Part shown: positions 1 to 8,276 of the stretch, piece after piece
Layout of the letters: each line of letters starts with the position of its first letter
Position numbering within the stretch: position 1 is the first letter of the stretch
Assembly: GCA_033977065.1 (NCBI GenBank)
Contig: JAXCHI010000004.1
Location: forward strand, 160,001-224,000
Direction of reading: 5' to 3'
From: Candidatus Algichlamydia australiensis
GTDB taxonomy: Bacteria; Chlamydiota; Chlamydiia; Chlamydiales; JAJFMI01
Length of the DNA: 64,000 nucleotides
Notes under the pieces: model-generated
Database searches by the model: none
What the model was told of the DNA's origin: nothing
The model's input: only the letters and a program-made list of their open reading frames with translations
Translations under genes and position numbers: made by a program

Positions 1-1023
1 CACTAAAATTTGTGAATCCATCGTAGAGATGGTAGCGGCTAAAATCGCGCAGAGGACAAATGCGCCGAGAAAGGGGAAAAAGAGTGTGCGAACCATATCG
101 ACAAAGAGTAGTTCTGTATTAGGAACTCCTTCTGGAAAAAAAGCAACCCCCATCAAACCGATCATGGTGGCACAACCAAGTGTAATGATCTGCCAACTCA
201 TTCCAACATATTTGGACTTATACATATTTTTTACATCTTGAATCCCCATAAATTTGGTGATGATATGGGGCTGTCCAAAATACCCCAAACCCCAGCTTAA
301 TGCGGCAAAGAGAGCTCCTTTCCAAGTGGCAAGTGAAAAATTGGGCAGGAGTTTCACAGATAAATTTTTTGCTTGTAGAGCAGCACCCACATCAGCAAAA
401 CTCCCAATTTTTCCTAACGCTAAAATAGGAACAAGTATGAGAACAGCTAACATAAAAAGGGCTTGAAAAGCGTCGGTAAAAGCAAGCGTACGATACCCAC
501 CAATAAAGAGGTAGGGAATAACAATTAAGACGGAGATCGTAATCCCGAGATGGTAGCTTACACCAAAAAGACTTTTGATCAAAAGACCCATCGCAACAAG
601 GCCTGCCGTGATATAAAATGCATAGAAAATCAGCTGCATGAGTGCAGTAAAAAAGAGAATCCAGCCAGAGGTATCAGCAAAGCGACTCTCAAAGTAGGAG
701 GAAAAAGTCATGCTGCCATAGCGCTCTGTCATCATTCGAATGCGCGGAGCAATCAGATGCCAATTGATAAACATAAAGATGACAAGACCGACAGCAACCC
801 ACGCTTGAAAAAGACCCTTGCCGAAAATAACTGCTGGGTAGCCCATTAAAAGCCAGCTGCTCATATCGCTAGAGTGTGCTGCAAAGGCGGTAAGCCAAAA
901 ACCAAGCGATCTCCCACCTAAAATAAAATCTTTAGATGTCTGCCTCCTTTTAAAAGAGAGAAAGGCGATGGCAAAGAGAATGCCCACATAGACAAGTACG
1001 GCAAAGATTTCAGTTCCTAACAT
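1..1023 (-). CDS. putP: Sodium/proline symporter (SSS family), runs off the window edge
   Basis: Manual translation from ATG 1023: MLGTEIFAVLVYVGILFAIAFLSFKRRQTSKDFILGGRSLGFWLTAFAAHSSDMSSWLLMGYP, matching the PutP N-terminal signature. Absent from the ORF track because its stop lies outside the window. Confidence 0.88.
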   Translation of the reverse strand, partial: MLGTEIFAVLVYVGILFAIAFLSFKRRQTSKDFILGGRSLGFWLTAFAAHSSDMSSWLLMGYPAVIFGKGLFQAWVAVGLVIFMFINWHLIAPRIRMMTERYGSMTFSSYFESRFADTSGWILFFTALMQLIFYAFYITAGLVAMGLLIKSLFGVSYHLGITISVLIVIPYLFIGGYRTLAFTDAFQALFMLAVLILVPILALGKIGSFADVGAALQAKNLSVKLLPNFSLATWKGALFAALSWGLGYFGQPHIITKFMGIQDVKNMYKSKYVGMSWQIITLGCATMIGLMGVAFFPEGVPNTELLFVDMVRTLFFPFLGAFVLCAILAATISTMDSQILV

Positions 1024-1049
1024 AGGAGAGAGTATAACGGATTTTTCGA

Positions 1050-1796
1050 TTAGGGGGAAGCTGCCTTTTGGGAGCCATAAAGCAGGCTGGCTCGTGCTAA
1101 ATTGTTACCTGCTTCAGGAAAGATTTCTTCCATCTCGGTAATCAAATTTTTCACTTTGCGCCGCTTTGAATTCGCGCCTACCGGACACTGGCAAGTGATT
1201 CGTGCAAAACCGTAAGACTCTGCAAACTTGCGAATCTCTGCCTCATCAGCATAAATGAGTGGGCGCACAATTGTTACCCCAACCTTTTTCATACAAATTT
1301 TTGGGAGCATTCCTGCAAATTCGCCCTTATGTAAAACATTTAATAATAAAGTCTCCGCAAGATCATCCTTATGATGACCAAAAGCAATAGTCTTTGCACC
1401 GACCTCTTTTGCAGTCGCAAAAATTGCATTGCGCCTTCTTCTCGAGCAGGAGTAACACTCCAATCCTTCTCTAGAGCCTTCTACTTCAATCTGACGAAAC
1501 TCTACATCCAACTCTTTACAAATGCTTTCCAAGTAATTCCTTTGTATCGACGCGCCGCAGGAAAACGCCCCGCTCACATGAATCGCATAAATTTTTTTCT
1601 TAGGAAAACCTCGCCCCAAAATCGCCTTTAACAGGAAAAGAAGTGTCAAACTGTCCTTGCCCCCACTCAAGGCAAGCGCAAGCGGCCCCTCCTCTTCTAA
1701 AAGAGCAAACTCATACAAAGCCTTGCGGCAGATGGACTCAAGCTTGCGACCCAAGGCCGTCCAGGGCGGTTTAGCAGTAGGAACGAACATATTCAC
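1050..1796 (-). CDS. ttcA: tRNA 2-thiocytidine(32) synthetase-like PP-loop ATPase
   Basis: SGGKDS PP-loop, CYSCSRRRR, GHHKDD, IVRPL and CPV motifs. Confidence 0.85.
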   Translation of the reverse strand: MNMFVPTAKPPWTALGRKLESICRKALYEFALLEEEGPLALALSGGKDSLTLLFLLKAILGRGFPKKKIYAIHVSGAFSCGASIQRNYLESICKELDVEFRQIEVEGSREGLECYSCSRRRRNAIFATAKEVGAKTIAFGHHKDDLAETLLLNVLHKGEFAGMLPKICMKKVGVTIVRPLIYADEAEIRKFAESYGFARITCQCPVGANSKRRKVKNLITEMEEIFPEAGNNLARASLLYGSQKAASP

Positions 1797-1854
1797 CCCT
1801 CAACTATACGCTTTTTCTGGAAAAAAATCCCAAAATATGATAAAATTTCGGGTA

Positions 1855-2043
1855 ATGAAGAAGCAAAATCGTAATGATCCTTGTAGCTGCGGCTCAGGTA
1901 AAAAATTTAAAAAATGTTGTGGCACCAACCGGCTCGGCCGAAAAGTGACCATGCTCTCAACCGCCGCACCTCTAAATTCTCTTTTTAATAAAAAAGTAGA
2001 TTGCGTCGAAACAACTCCTCGTGCTATAAAGGTATCGAAATAA
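1855..2043 (+). CDS. Small SEC-C motif (zinc-binding) protein
   Basis: RNDPCSCGSGKKFKKCCG; start trimmed to ATG 1855. Confidence 0.7.
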   Translation: MKKQNRNDPCSCGSGKKFKKCCGTNRLGRKVTMLSTAAPLNSLFNKKVDCVETTPRAIKVSK

Positions 2044-2096
2044 GAAACTCGTTTGCTACTCACTTTCTTCTAAGTATAGCAATCAAGTTTATTCAC

Positions 2097-2169
2097 GCTG
2101 GTGTAGCTCAATTGGTAGAGCACCCGACTTGTAATCGGACGGTTGAGGGTTCAATTCCTTTCGCCAGCA
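2097..2169 (+). tRNA. tRNA-Thr(TGT)
   Basis: Acceptor stem GCTGGTG/CGCCAGC, D-arm TAGCTCAATTGGTAGAGC, anticodon loop CT-TGT-AA, GGTTCAATTCC T-arm. Confidence 0.96.
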
Positions 2170-2207
2170 TCCTACTCTCGAGGTAACTGCTTGTTGCCTC
2201 CTTTCTC

Positions 2208-2291
2208 GGGGGTGTCGCATAGCGGCCAATTGCAGGAGACTGTAAATCTCCCAGCCTTCGGCTTACGCTGGTTCGAATCCAGCCGCCCCCA
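2208..2291 (+). tRNA. tRNA-Tyr(GTA)
   Basis: Acceptor GGGGGTG/CGCCCCC, anticodon loop CT-GTA-AA, long variable arm, GGTTCGAATCC. Confidence 0.96.
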
Positions 2292-2297
2292 TTTCAC

Positions 2298-2426
2298 GTG
2301 TTCAGGACATTTCTTTTTCTTTTTTGCCCAAAACTTCCAGCGCTCCTCGACAAGCTTATTCAAAGCTTGCCTTCGTCACGCTAAAAGTTTTGTTTCAAAA
2401 AATCTTAAAGAAATCCCTGTGAACAC
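2298..2426. repeat. About 129-bp imperfect palindromic element (family F, single copy in window)
   Basis: Nested arm pairs GTGTTCA/TGAACAC, ATTTCTTT/AAAGAAAT, CAAAACTT/AAGTTTTG, CAAGCTT/AAGCTTG. Confidence 0.75.
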
Positions 2427-2516
2427 CCTCATGGGGGCGGCTGCCGCCCCATTTCTCCTGCCATTCAAAGCTTGTTGAGGATTGCTGTCTCCTTGTTTTT
2501 TAAGCCCCAACTGTTA

Positions 2517-2560
2517 GATAGCGTCGTCAAAAGCATACAACCATCTTATTTTTCATGTTT
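2517..2560 (+). mobile_element. Truncated left arm of family A palindromic MITE-like element
   Basis: TA followed by GATAGCGTCGTCAAAAGCATACAACCATCTTATTTTTCATGTTT, identical to 13016-13059. Confidence 0.85.
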
Positions 2561-2566
2561 TGTGTG

Positions 2567-2637
2567 GTTTTTTTGTATTTTTAACCCTACTTATCGTACG
2601 GCGATGTAATATGGGTAGGGTTAAATGCCAAAAAAAC
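2567..2637. repeat. Imperfect inverted repeat (hairpin), remnant of another element
   Basis: TTTAACCCTACTTAT ... ATGGGTAGGGTTAAA with flanking T/A runs. Confidence 0.6.
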
Positions 2638-2669
2638 TATTTTCTTTTTGATACCCTTTATCGCAAATT

Positions 2670-3260
2670 TCAAAAGCTTTTGCTCATATCGAAATGGTTC
2701 TCAATCGGTAGATAATGCAGGATTTCATAGCGGCGACTTTTCGGTTTTTTTAAGCCGATTAGATGGGCGATGTGCGGGCTGTATGAGTGAATAAGTGCGT
2801 TGAGGTAGGTATTAAGGGGAGTGCTTTCTTCGAGGTGGAAATTTTCTAGGGCTGTAAGAAGCTCTTTTTTTGTTATAGAGGTTTCGCCTGTCACCCATTT
2901 GTTTGTTGTAAAGAGTGCAAGGGGCTTTCCTTGCTCGCTGATTGAAATCGCAATCAGGTGTGAGAAGGTCTTTTCATTAGCAACAAAGATGTGAAAGTGT
3001 CCATGCTCACTTTTGCGATGACTGTGGTAGTAATAGAGATACCCATTGCTCACTGTGTCCCCATTCGGACGGTGCTTCCATAGCGGCTTTTCTGCTGTAA
3101 TGAGCTGGGAGAGGGGGTTTTGTTTTTCAAGGTTGTCTAATTGCGTTTTTTTAAGTGGCTGCAGGTTGATTGTGATCAGTTGCGGTTTTGCTGGCCACGG
3201 TTTTTTTATGAGTGTGAGTAGGAGGAGCAGGGATGTAAGAATAAAAATCTTTCTTGCCAT
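2670..3260 (-). CDS. Signal-anchored hypothetical protein (DUF6969-like)
   Basis: YYYHSH...EHGHFHIF...LFTTNKWVTGE motifs; start trimmed to MARKIF at 3260. Confidence 0.65.
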   Translation of the reverse strand: MARKIFILTSLLLLLTLIKKPWPAKPQLITINLQPLKKTQLDNLEKQNPLSQLITAEKPLWKHRPNGDTVSNGYLYYYHSHRKSEHGHFHIFVANEKTFSHLIAISISEQGKPLALFTTNKWVTGETSITKKELLTALENFHLEESTPLNTYLNALIHSYSPHIAHLIGLKKPKSRRYEILHYLPIENHFDMSKSF

Positions 3261-3324
3261 AGTGAATTTTTTTTTATATATATTGTGAAATATGTTAGTC
3301 AAATATTTTTTGGAGTTTAGATAA

Positions 3325-3954
3325 ATGAAACGATTTAATTTTAAATCTGTCATTGGTGCTTCGATTGTTGCGTCAATTGTGATGACCATTTTCATGTGGA
3401 TTTTCGGTATGAATATCATGAAGATGCTCGGCATGATCGCGGGATATAGTGGCACGATGATGTATGTTATTGGCGGAGCCATTCATCTTATTGTGGGTAT
3501 TTTCTGGGGCTTTGTCTATGCGCTCTTCTTTGAGCCGTGGCTCAAAAAGCTTCCTGGATTTTTGTCAGGAGCATTTTTCTCTCTTGTCCCGTTTTTTGCG
3601 GCGATGTTCTTTATGGGAACTTTTGTCACTACTGTTCAAGGTGTCTTCAATGCGAACACTCCTGGTATACAGCAGTCGGGTGTTTACCCTTCTTTCCCAT
3701 GCCAGCCTGCATGTGCTCCTTGCAACCCCTACTACCCTTGTCAGCCGTCTAAGCCTTGCCATCCGTGTAATCCTTATGGATACTCGTCTGCTACTCAGCA
3801 GTATGGTTGTGCACCCGAAATGGGCACTTGTGCTCCATGCGCCCCAATGGGTTCAAAAGCAGGTTTGCCAATGTGGCTCTGGAGTCTTTTCAACCATCTA
3901 GTATTCGGTATTGTTTTGGGCTGGTCTTACAAGCCTAAAGTGAGTACTGAATAA
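3325..3954 (+). CDS. Four-TM membrane protein with Cys/Pro-rich insertion
   Basis: Hydrophobic helices with H-x-x-x-G motifs (IHLIVG, NHLVFG) and a PCxP-rich loop. Confidence 0.75.
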   Translation: MKRFNFKSVIGASIVASIVMTIFMWIFGMNIMKMLGMIAGYSGTMMYVIGGAIHLIVGIFWGFVYALFFEPWLKKLPGFLSGAFFSLVPFFAAMFFMGTFVTTVQGVFNANTPGIQQSGVYPSFPCQPACAPCNPYYPCQPSKPCHPCNPYGYSSATQQYGCAPEMGTCAPCAPMGSKAGLPMWLWSLFNHLVFGIVLGWSYKPKVSTE

Positions 3955-3966
3955 TTTTCATTATTT

Positions 3967-3988
3967 GAGGGCCTTAAGGCCCTCTTTT
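3967..3988 (+). terminator. Rho-independent terminator
   Basis: GAGGGCC-TTAA-GGCCCTC hairpin followed by TTTT, just after the stop at 3954. Confidence 0.75.
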
Positions 3989-4006
3989 CCTTCTAACTGA
4001 ATTGTA

Positions 4007-4062
4007 AAACTCAAGTTGTTACCCAGTTTCTCCTTTCGAAGGAGGGACTTTCGATGAGGTTG
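4007..4062 (+). repeat. Partial family D element
   Basis: AAACTCAAGTTGTTACCCAGTTTCTCCT resembles 50628, 53154 and 53346. Confidence 0.65.
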
Positions 4063-4174
4063 ACACGATATCAAGTCTTTATAATAATATGCCTTTGTTT
4101 ATTAAACTCAAGTTTAACGAAGGAAATACTGAACAAACACTTTTTTCGAAAAAATTTTGAAAATCGATGCAAAA

Positions 4175-4606
4175 ATGGATAATGAGACAAAAATATCTTT
4201 CACGTCAAAAGAAAAAACAATTCGAAGAATTTGGTTAGTCCTTCATATCTTTTCTTTTATATCGATAGCCATTTTCTTCTTAAGTGAGGACTCAAGCGAG
4301 GTGCCCTTTTTCTTTTTGCTTTCAGCTATCGAATTTATTGGTTTGTGGTACTGCGCCTACAAAAAAAATGGAACTAGATTATTAAAATTTTATTACAGAT
4401 TTTTATACCCTCTCAATCTATTAAATCTAATTAAGAATGCTCCTTTTTCTCAACAAGTACTTGAACTAGACCCATCTTTTTTGGGGAGTCTTTTTTTTAT
4501 CCCTGTGAAAATTTGGGTTACCTACCTTATGCATGAAATGAATCTCTCAAAAAAGAAATATGGGCCTTCTGATGCAGCTCCTACGGCTCCGAAGGTTTCT
4601 CTCTAG
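4175..4606 (+). CDS. Hypothetical AT-rich membrane protein between family B arms
   Basis: ORF with 3-4 hydrophobic segments; no family recognised. Confidence 0.55.
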   Translation: MDNETKISFTSKEKTIRRIWLVLHIFSFISIAIFFLSEDSSEVPFFFLLSAIEFIGLWYCAYKKNGTRLLKFYYRFLYPLNLLNLIKNAPFSQQVLELDPSFLGSLFFIPVKIWVTYLMHEMNLSKKKYGPSDAAPTAPKVSL

Positions 4607-4676
4607 ATGAACCTGTCTCAATTTCAAAACTTTTTCAAAAGGAGCAGTTATTCATTATGAGCTTAAAGAGGTTTTG

Positions 4677-5345
4677 ATGTATCGGGAAAATTTTTTGGAG
4701 TTGATTGAAAGGTTTGGGGCTGATCGAGTCGTCAATGTTTTGGCTCCCCATCTTTTGGATCGAAGAAAAGCGCGAATCGATGAAGTAATTGAGCGAAGGC
4801 TTGGTTCAGTAGAGGTGGCAATCGAATCTCTTGTCGATCCTTATAACGCTTTGGCTGTCATGCGCACTGCAGAGGCTTTAGGTGTAACAAGGATGCATTT
4901 GATTCAGACTCAGGTCAGAAAAAGGGCGCGCGCTTCGATGGGAACGTATCGCTGGATCGACTGCAGGAGATCCTCTTCTGTAGAGAGTTTTTTTGAGGGG
5001 AGGGGACGCGTTTTTGCGGCTGATGTGTCGGGAAAGATAGGGGTTGAAGAAATTCCTGTAGACAAGCCTTTAGTACTTCTTTTTGGAAATGAGCACTCGG
5101 GCTTATCAAAAGAGGCTTTGAATAGGGCAGATGCTACGTTCAAAATCCCAATTTATGGTATGGTTGAGAGCTACAATCTCTCGGTTGCTGCTGCAATTGC
5201 CCTTTTCGATGTGACAAAGCGAAGGCGGCAATTTCTCGGTAGTGAGGGAGATCTCTCTGAAAAAGAGAAGGTGATTGAGCGCGCTTTTGGGTACTACCAA
5301 ACCGTAGGGCCGGAAACAACTAAGAAAATATTATGTCGAAATTAA
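4677..5345 (+). CDS. trmH: TrmH/SpoU family RNA methyltransferase
   Basis: DPYNALAVMRTAEALG, FGNEHSG and IPIYGMVESYNLSVAAAI SPOUT motifs. Confidence 0.82.
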   Translation: MYRENFLELIERFGADRVVNVLAPHLLDRRKARIDEVIERRLGSVEVAIESLVDPYNALAVMRTAEALGVTRMHLIQTQVRKRARASMGTYRWIDCRRSSSVESFFEGRGRVFAADVSGKIGVEEIPVDKPLVLLFGNEHSGLSKEALNRADATFKIPIYGMVESYNLSVAAAIALFDVTKRRRQFLGSEGDLSEKEKVIERAFGYYQTVGPETTKKILCRN

Positions 5346-6136
5346 AATACTTCTGGGATGCTCTCTATAAAATTCAAATTGCAATTGGTGCTGTGACGGT
5401 TCCAACAGAAGAGTATATCTGGGAAGATCCTCTTTTCGCTGTTGAGGAGTGGGTTCATCCTGATGTGACCGGGTCAACCCGCATCATAGTTACTGTAAAG
5501 GGAGGGGAGCTGCCTGGGCACTTTTATGAAGGGGTGCAACATCTTCACGATAAGGGGATTGGAGTAAAATTTTCCCTACCTGTTCAAGAGATGCCAGTTG
5601 ATGAGTTCGCTTCTCAAGTTGCAGACTTGTGTCACTACTATGAACTTGATGGGATTGATCTTGTTTTTGATGGGGAGCTTGATTGTGATGTTGTGCAAGC
5701 GTGTAGAGGGGCTCTTGGTAAAGAATCTCTTTTAAGTTGCTCGATTTCTGCTAAGACGATTGAAAAATCGCAAGAAAAGATTGCCGCTATTCTCCCCTAT
5801 ATTTCTCAAATCATATTATTTGATTTTTTTGAAAAAAAATGTGATTTTGAAGAGGAGATGAGAAAGCTCTGGGGGTTTGGCGTTCCCTGCCAGAAGATCT
5901 CATTTGCTCTCGAAGTGGGACCTCATACTGAAGGTAAAGAGGTCACAACTGTTGCGCAATGTAAAAAAGTAGCGCAAGCCGTTCGAGAGCACGCCCTTTT
6001 TGGCTTGCAGTTGGACTCTATTCAACGCGATACCGATGAGAGAGAAGGCGCCCCGGCTGGGCCAAGCAAGTTGCAGTCAGGTCTCCCAACGGGGACTTTT
6101 GCAGGGGTTGTGCATAAAATTTTACTAGGAAATTAG
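5333..6136 (+). CDS. GH18-like TIM-barrel protein, catalytic motif degenerate
   Basis: YELDGIDLVFD resembles GH18 DGxDxDxE; late SIQRD segment. Confidence 0.5.
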   Translation: MSKLKYFWDALYKIQIAIGAVTVPTEEYIWEDPLFAVEEWVHPDVTGSTRIIVTVKGGELPGHFYEGVQHLHDKGIGVKFSLPVQEMPVDEFASQVADLCHYYELDGIDLVFDGELDCDVVQACRGALGKESLLSCSISAKTIEKSQEKIAAILPYISQIILFDFFEKKCDFEEEMRKLWGFGVPCQKISFALEVGPHTEGKEVTTVAQCKKVAQAVREHALFGLQLDSIQRDTDEREGAPAGPSKLQSGLPTGTFAGVVHKILLGN

Positions 6137-6138
6137 GT

Positions 6139-6600
6139 ATGAAGAAAGGCGTATTCTTATTTTCATTTTTTGTATTAGGAGTATTGAGTGCTTCAGATGT
6201 AGATTCACTTTTACATGAGAAAGAGTGGAAAGATAAGCAGTTTTATCTTAGCCAAGAGAATGCACGCAGAGCGCAGCAGTTTGAGCATAATCTCTATCAT
6301 CCTGTGGATAATCCCAAGATCTCTTTGAATATTTTTACTATCGATGGAAAAGAGAAGAACAAGTGGGCCTATCGCTTCACTAGTAATAAGATCTCTTTAA
6401 GTACAGATAGTGCTTCTACTGTCATGGAAAAAATGCGTATGAGAAACGCCTTTGAAAGAGGCGAGTGGCGTCAGGTTGCAGAGATGGCTCAAAAGCAGAT
6501 TTGTCATGCAATTGAAGACATCAAGCATATCCATGTTAGGACATTCCAAAAACTTGGAGAGGCTCTTCACCAATCTATTAAAGAGGGAGAAAATCTTTAA
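6139..6600 (+). CDS. Exported hypothetical protein
   Basis: Signal peptide MKKGVFLFSFFVLGVLSA; operonic spacing. Confidence 0.65.
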   Translation: MKKGVFLFSFFVLGVLSASDVDSLLHEKEWKDKQFYLSQENARRAQQFEHNLYHPVDNPKISLNIFTIDGKEKNKWAYRFTSNKISLSTDSASTVMEKMRMRNAFERGEWRQVAEMAQKQICHAIEDIKHIHVRTFQKLGEALHQSIKEGENL

Positions 6601-7436
6601 TGTATCCAGAGGCGAAAAATCCGAAAGTTGGAATTCCAAAACTTTTAAAAGGACAAAAAGCTCTTGTTACCGGTGGAAGCTCCGGGATTGGTGAGGGAAT
6701 CGCTTTGGCTCTTGGAGAAGCAGGAGCTGATGTTGTCGTGAATTGTCATTCACATCCAGAGACTGCAGAAGAGGTCGCAAAAAAGATTCGGGAATTTGGT
6801 GTAGAATCCTATGTGCATCAAGGAGATGTTTCGAGGGAAGAAGATGTCCTTGGCATGTTTGAGAAGATGAAAAGTGAATTTGGCACGATTGATATTTTGA
6901 TCAATAATGCAGGAATTCAAAAGGATTCGCCTTTCACTGAAATGTCTTTAGATTCGTGGAACAAGGTAATTGGTCTGAACTTAACAGGGCAATTTCTCTG
7001 CTCTCGTGAAGCGGCAAAAGAGTTTTTGCGTCGCGGTGTAAAAGAAGAAATTTCAGTTGCTGCCGGAAAAATTATCTGTATAAGTTCTGTTCACGAGGTG
7101 ATTCCTTGGGCAGGTCATGCGAACTATGCCTCATCAAAAGGCGGCATTCACATGATGATGCAGTCGATTTCACAGGAGCTAGCCCCTTATCGTATTCGTG
7201 TAAATTCTATTGGTCCTGGAGCAATCCGTACACCAATTAATAAGCAGGCGTGGGAGACAAAAGAGGCATATGATGAACTGATGCATCTGATTCCCTACAA
7301 CCGAATAGGCGAACCGGTAGACATTGCGCAAGCAGCAGTTTGGCTAGCCTCGGATCATGCTGATTACATCAATGGTACAACACTTTTTGTAGATGGGGGA
7401 ATGTGTCTCTTTCCGGGCTTTCGCACAGGCGGTTAA
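6600..7436 (+). CDS. SDR oxidoreductase, glucose 1-dehydrogenase-like
   Basis: TGGSSGIG, NNAG, SSVHEVIPW, YASSK, PGAIRTPIN. Confidence 0.88.
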   Translation: MYPEAKNPKVGIPKLLKGQKALVTGGSSGIGEGIALALGEAGADVVVNCHSHPETAEEVAKKIREFGVESYVHQGDVSREEDVLGMFEKMKSEFGTIDILINNAGIQKDSPFTEMSLDSWNKVIGLNLTGQFLCSREAAKEFLRRGVKEEISVAAGKIICISSVHEVIPWAGHANYASSKGGIHMMMQSISQELAPYRIRVNSIGPGAIRTPINKQAWETKEAYDELMHLIPYNRIGEPVDIAQAAVWLASDHADYINGTTLFVDGGMCLFPGFRTGG

Positions 7437-8209
7437 TTGCATCACTTTTTGCCCTTTTTGCAGCACTCTCTTTGGTTGGAAAAGAGCTTGCAATCTGCCA
7501 GGGATGCGTAAATGGTGTTCAGTACATCACATACGTAGGAATTGTTTACTTTTTGGGGCTCTCTCTTACCCTCTATTTTTGGCGAACTTTTCCCACAAAG
7601 CCAATTACATATGTAGGTTTTTTCTTTAGCTGCTTTGCTGCTTTTTTTCTCACTGTTTCAAAGCTTGAGTATTGTGTGTTTTGCGTTACCGCGCACATTT
7701 TGCATATCGCCGTTTGGTCCCTTCTTTTAACTACCTGCTACTTTCGCTCGTTGGCTATCTTTTTCAGCGCCATTTTAGTGATCAGTGTGCCTACCTTACA
7801 CATTAAAGAGAAACGATCTAAAGTTGTAGGCAGAGCCCCAAATTTTTCTTTTACGACAAAGGATGGAAAGATCATTCAGGATGGCCCTCCGCCTCCCTAC
7901 TCTGCTCTTGTTCTCCACTTTGTTCAAGAGGGGTGCCCCTATTGCGAAGAGCAAATTGAAGAAATTGAAAATCTTGTCGATTACTATCCAAATTATCTCT
8001 TTTATCACGTCTCATCAAGCGAATTAAAAAAGGGAGATCGCGTAGAACTCATCGTCTCAAAGGAGACCGCTCAAATCTTCCACATCAATCTTTTCCCCAC
8101 ACTTGTTGTAATTGATAAGAATGGGGATGTAATCAAGATTGTCAGGGGAAGAATGCCAGAAAACTCCACTCTCACGCAGTTCATTGGAAAAATTTTTCCA
8201 GATAATTAA
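7403..8209 (+). CDS. Membrane protein with VKOR-like CxxC domain fused to a thioredoxin-like domain
   Basis: CQGC and CVFC in the hydrophobic N-terminal half; APNFSF...CPYC...FPTLVVIDKNG in the C-terminal half; start uncertain. Confidence 0.65.
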   Translation: MSLSGLSHRRLIASLFALFAALSLVGKELAICQGCVNGVQYITYVGIVYFLGLSLTLYFWRTFPTKPITYVGFFFSCFAAFFLTVSKLEYCVFCVTAHILHIAVWSLLLTTCYFRSLAIFFSAILVISVPTLHIKEKRSKVVGRAPNFSFTTKDGKIIQDGPPPPYSALVLHFVQEGCPYCEEQIEEIENLVDYYPNYLFYHVSSSELKKGDRVELIVSKETAQIFHINLFPTLVVIDKNGDVIKIVRGRMPENSTLTQFIGKIFPDN

Positions 8210-8276
8210 TTTTTTCTTTCTTCATTAAATCGAAGTTGTTAGGATGCAGGATTAATAGACAACAATATTTTGAGAT

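Noticed and set aside
29..849. Three short plus-strand ORFs, and similar short ORFs throughout the track
   Set aside because: They are antisense or off-frame shadows of recognisable genes (here putP).
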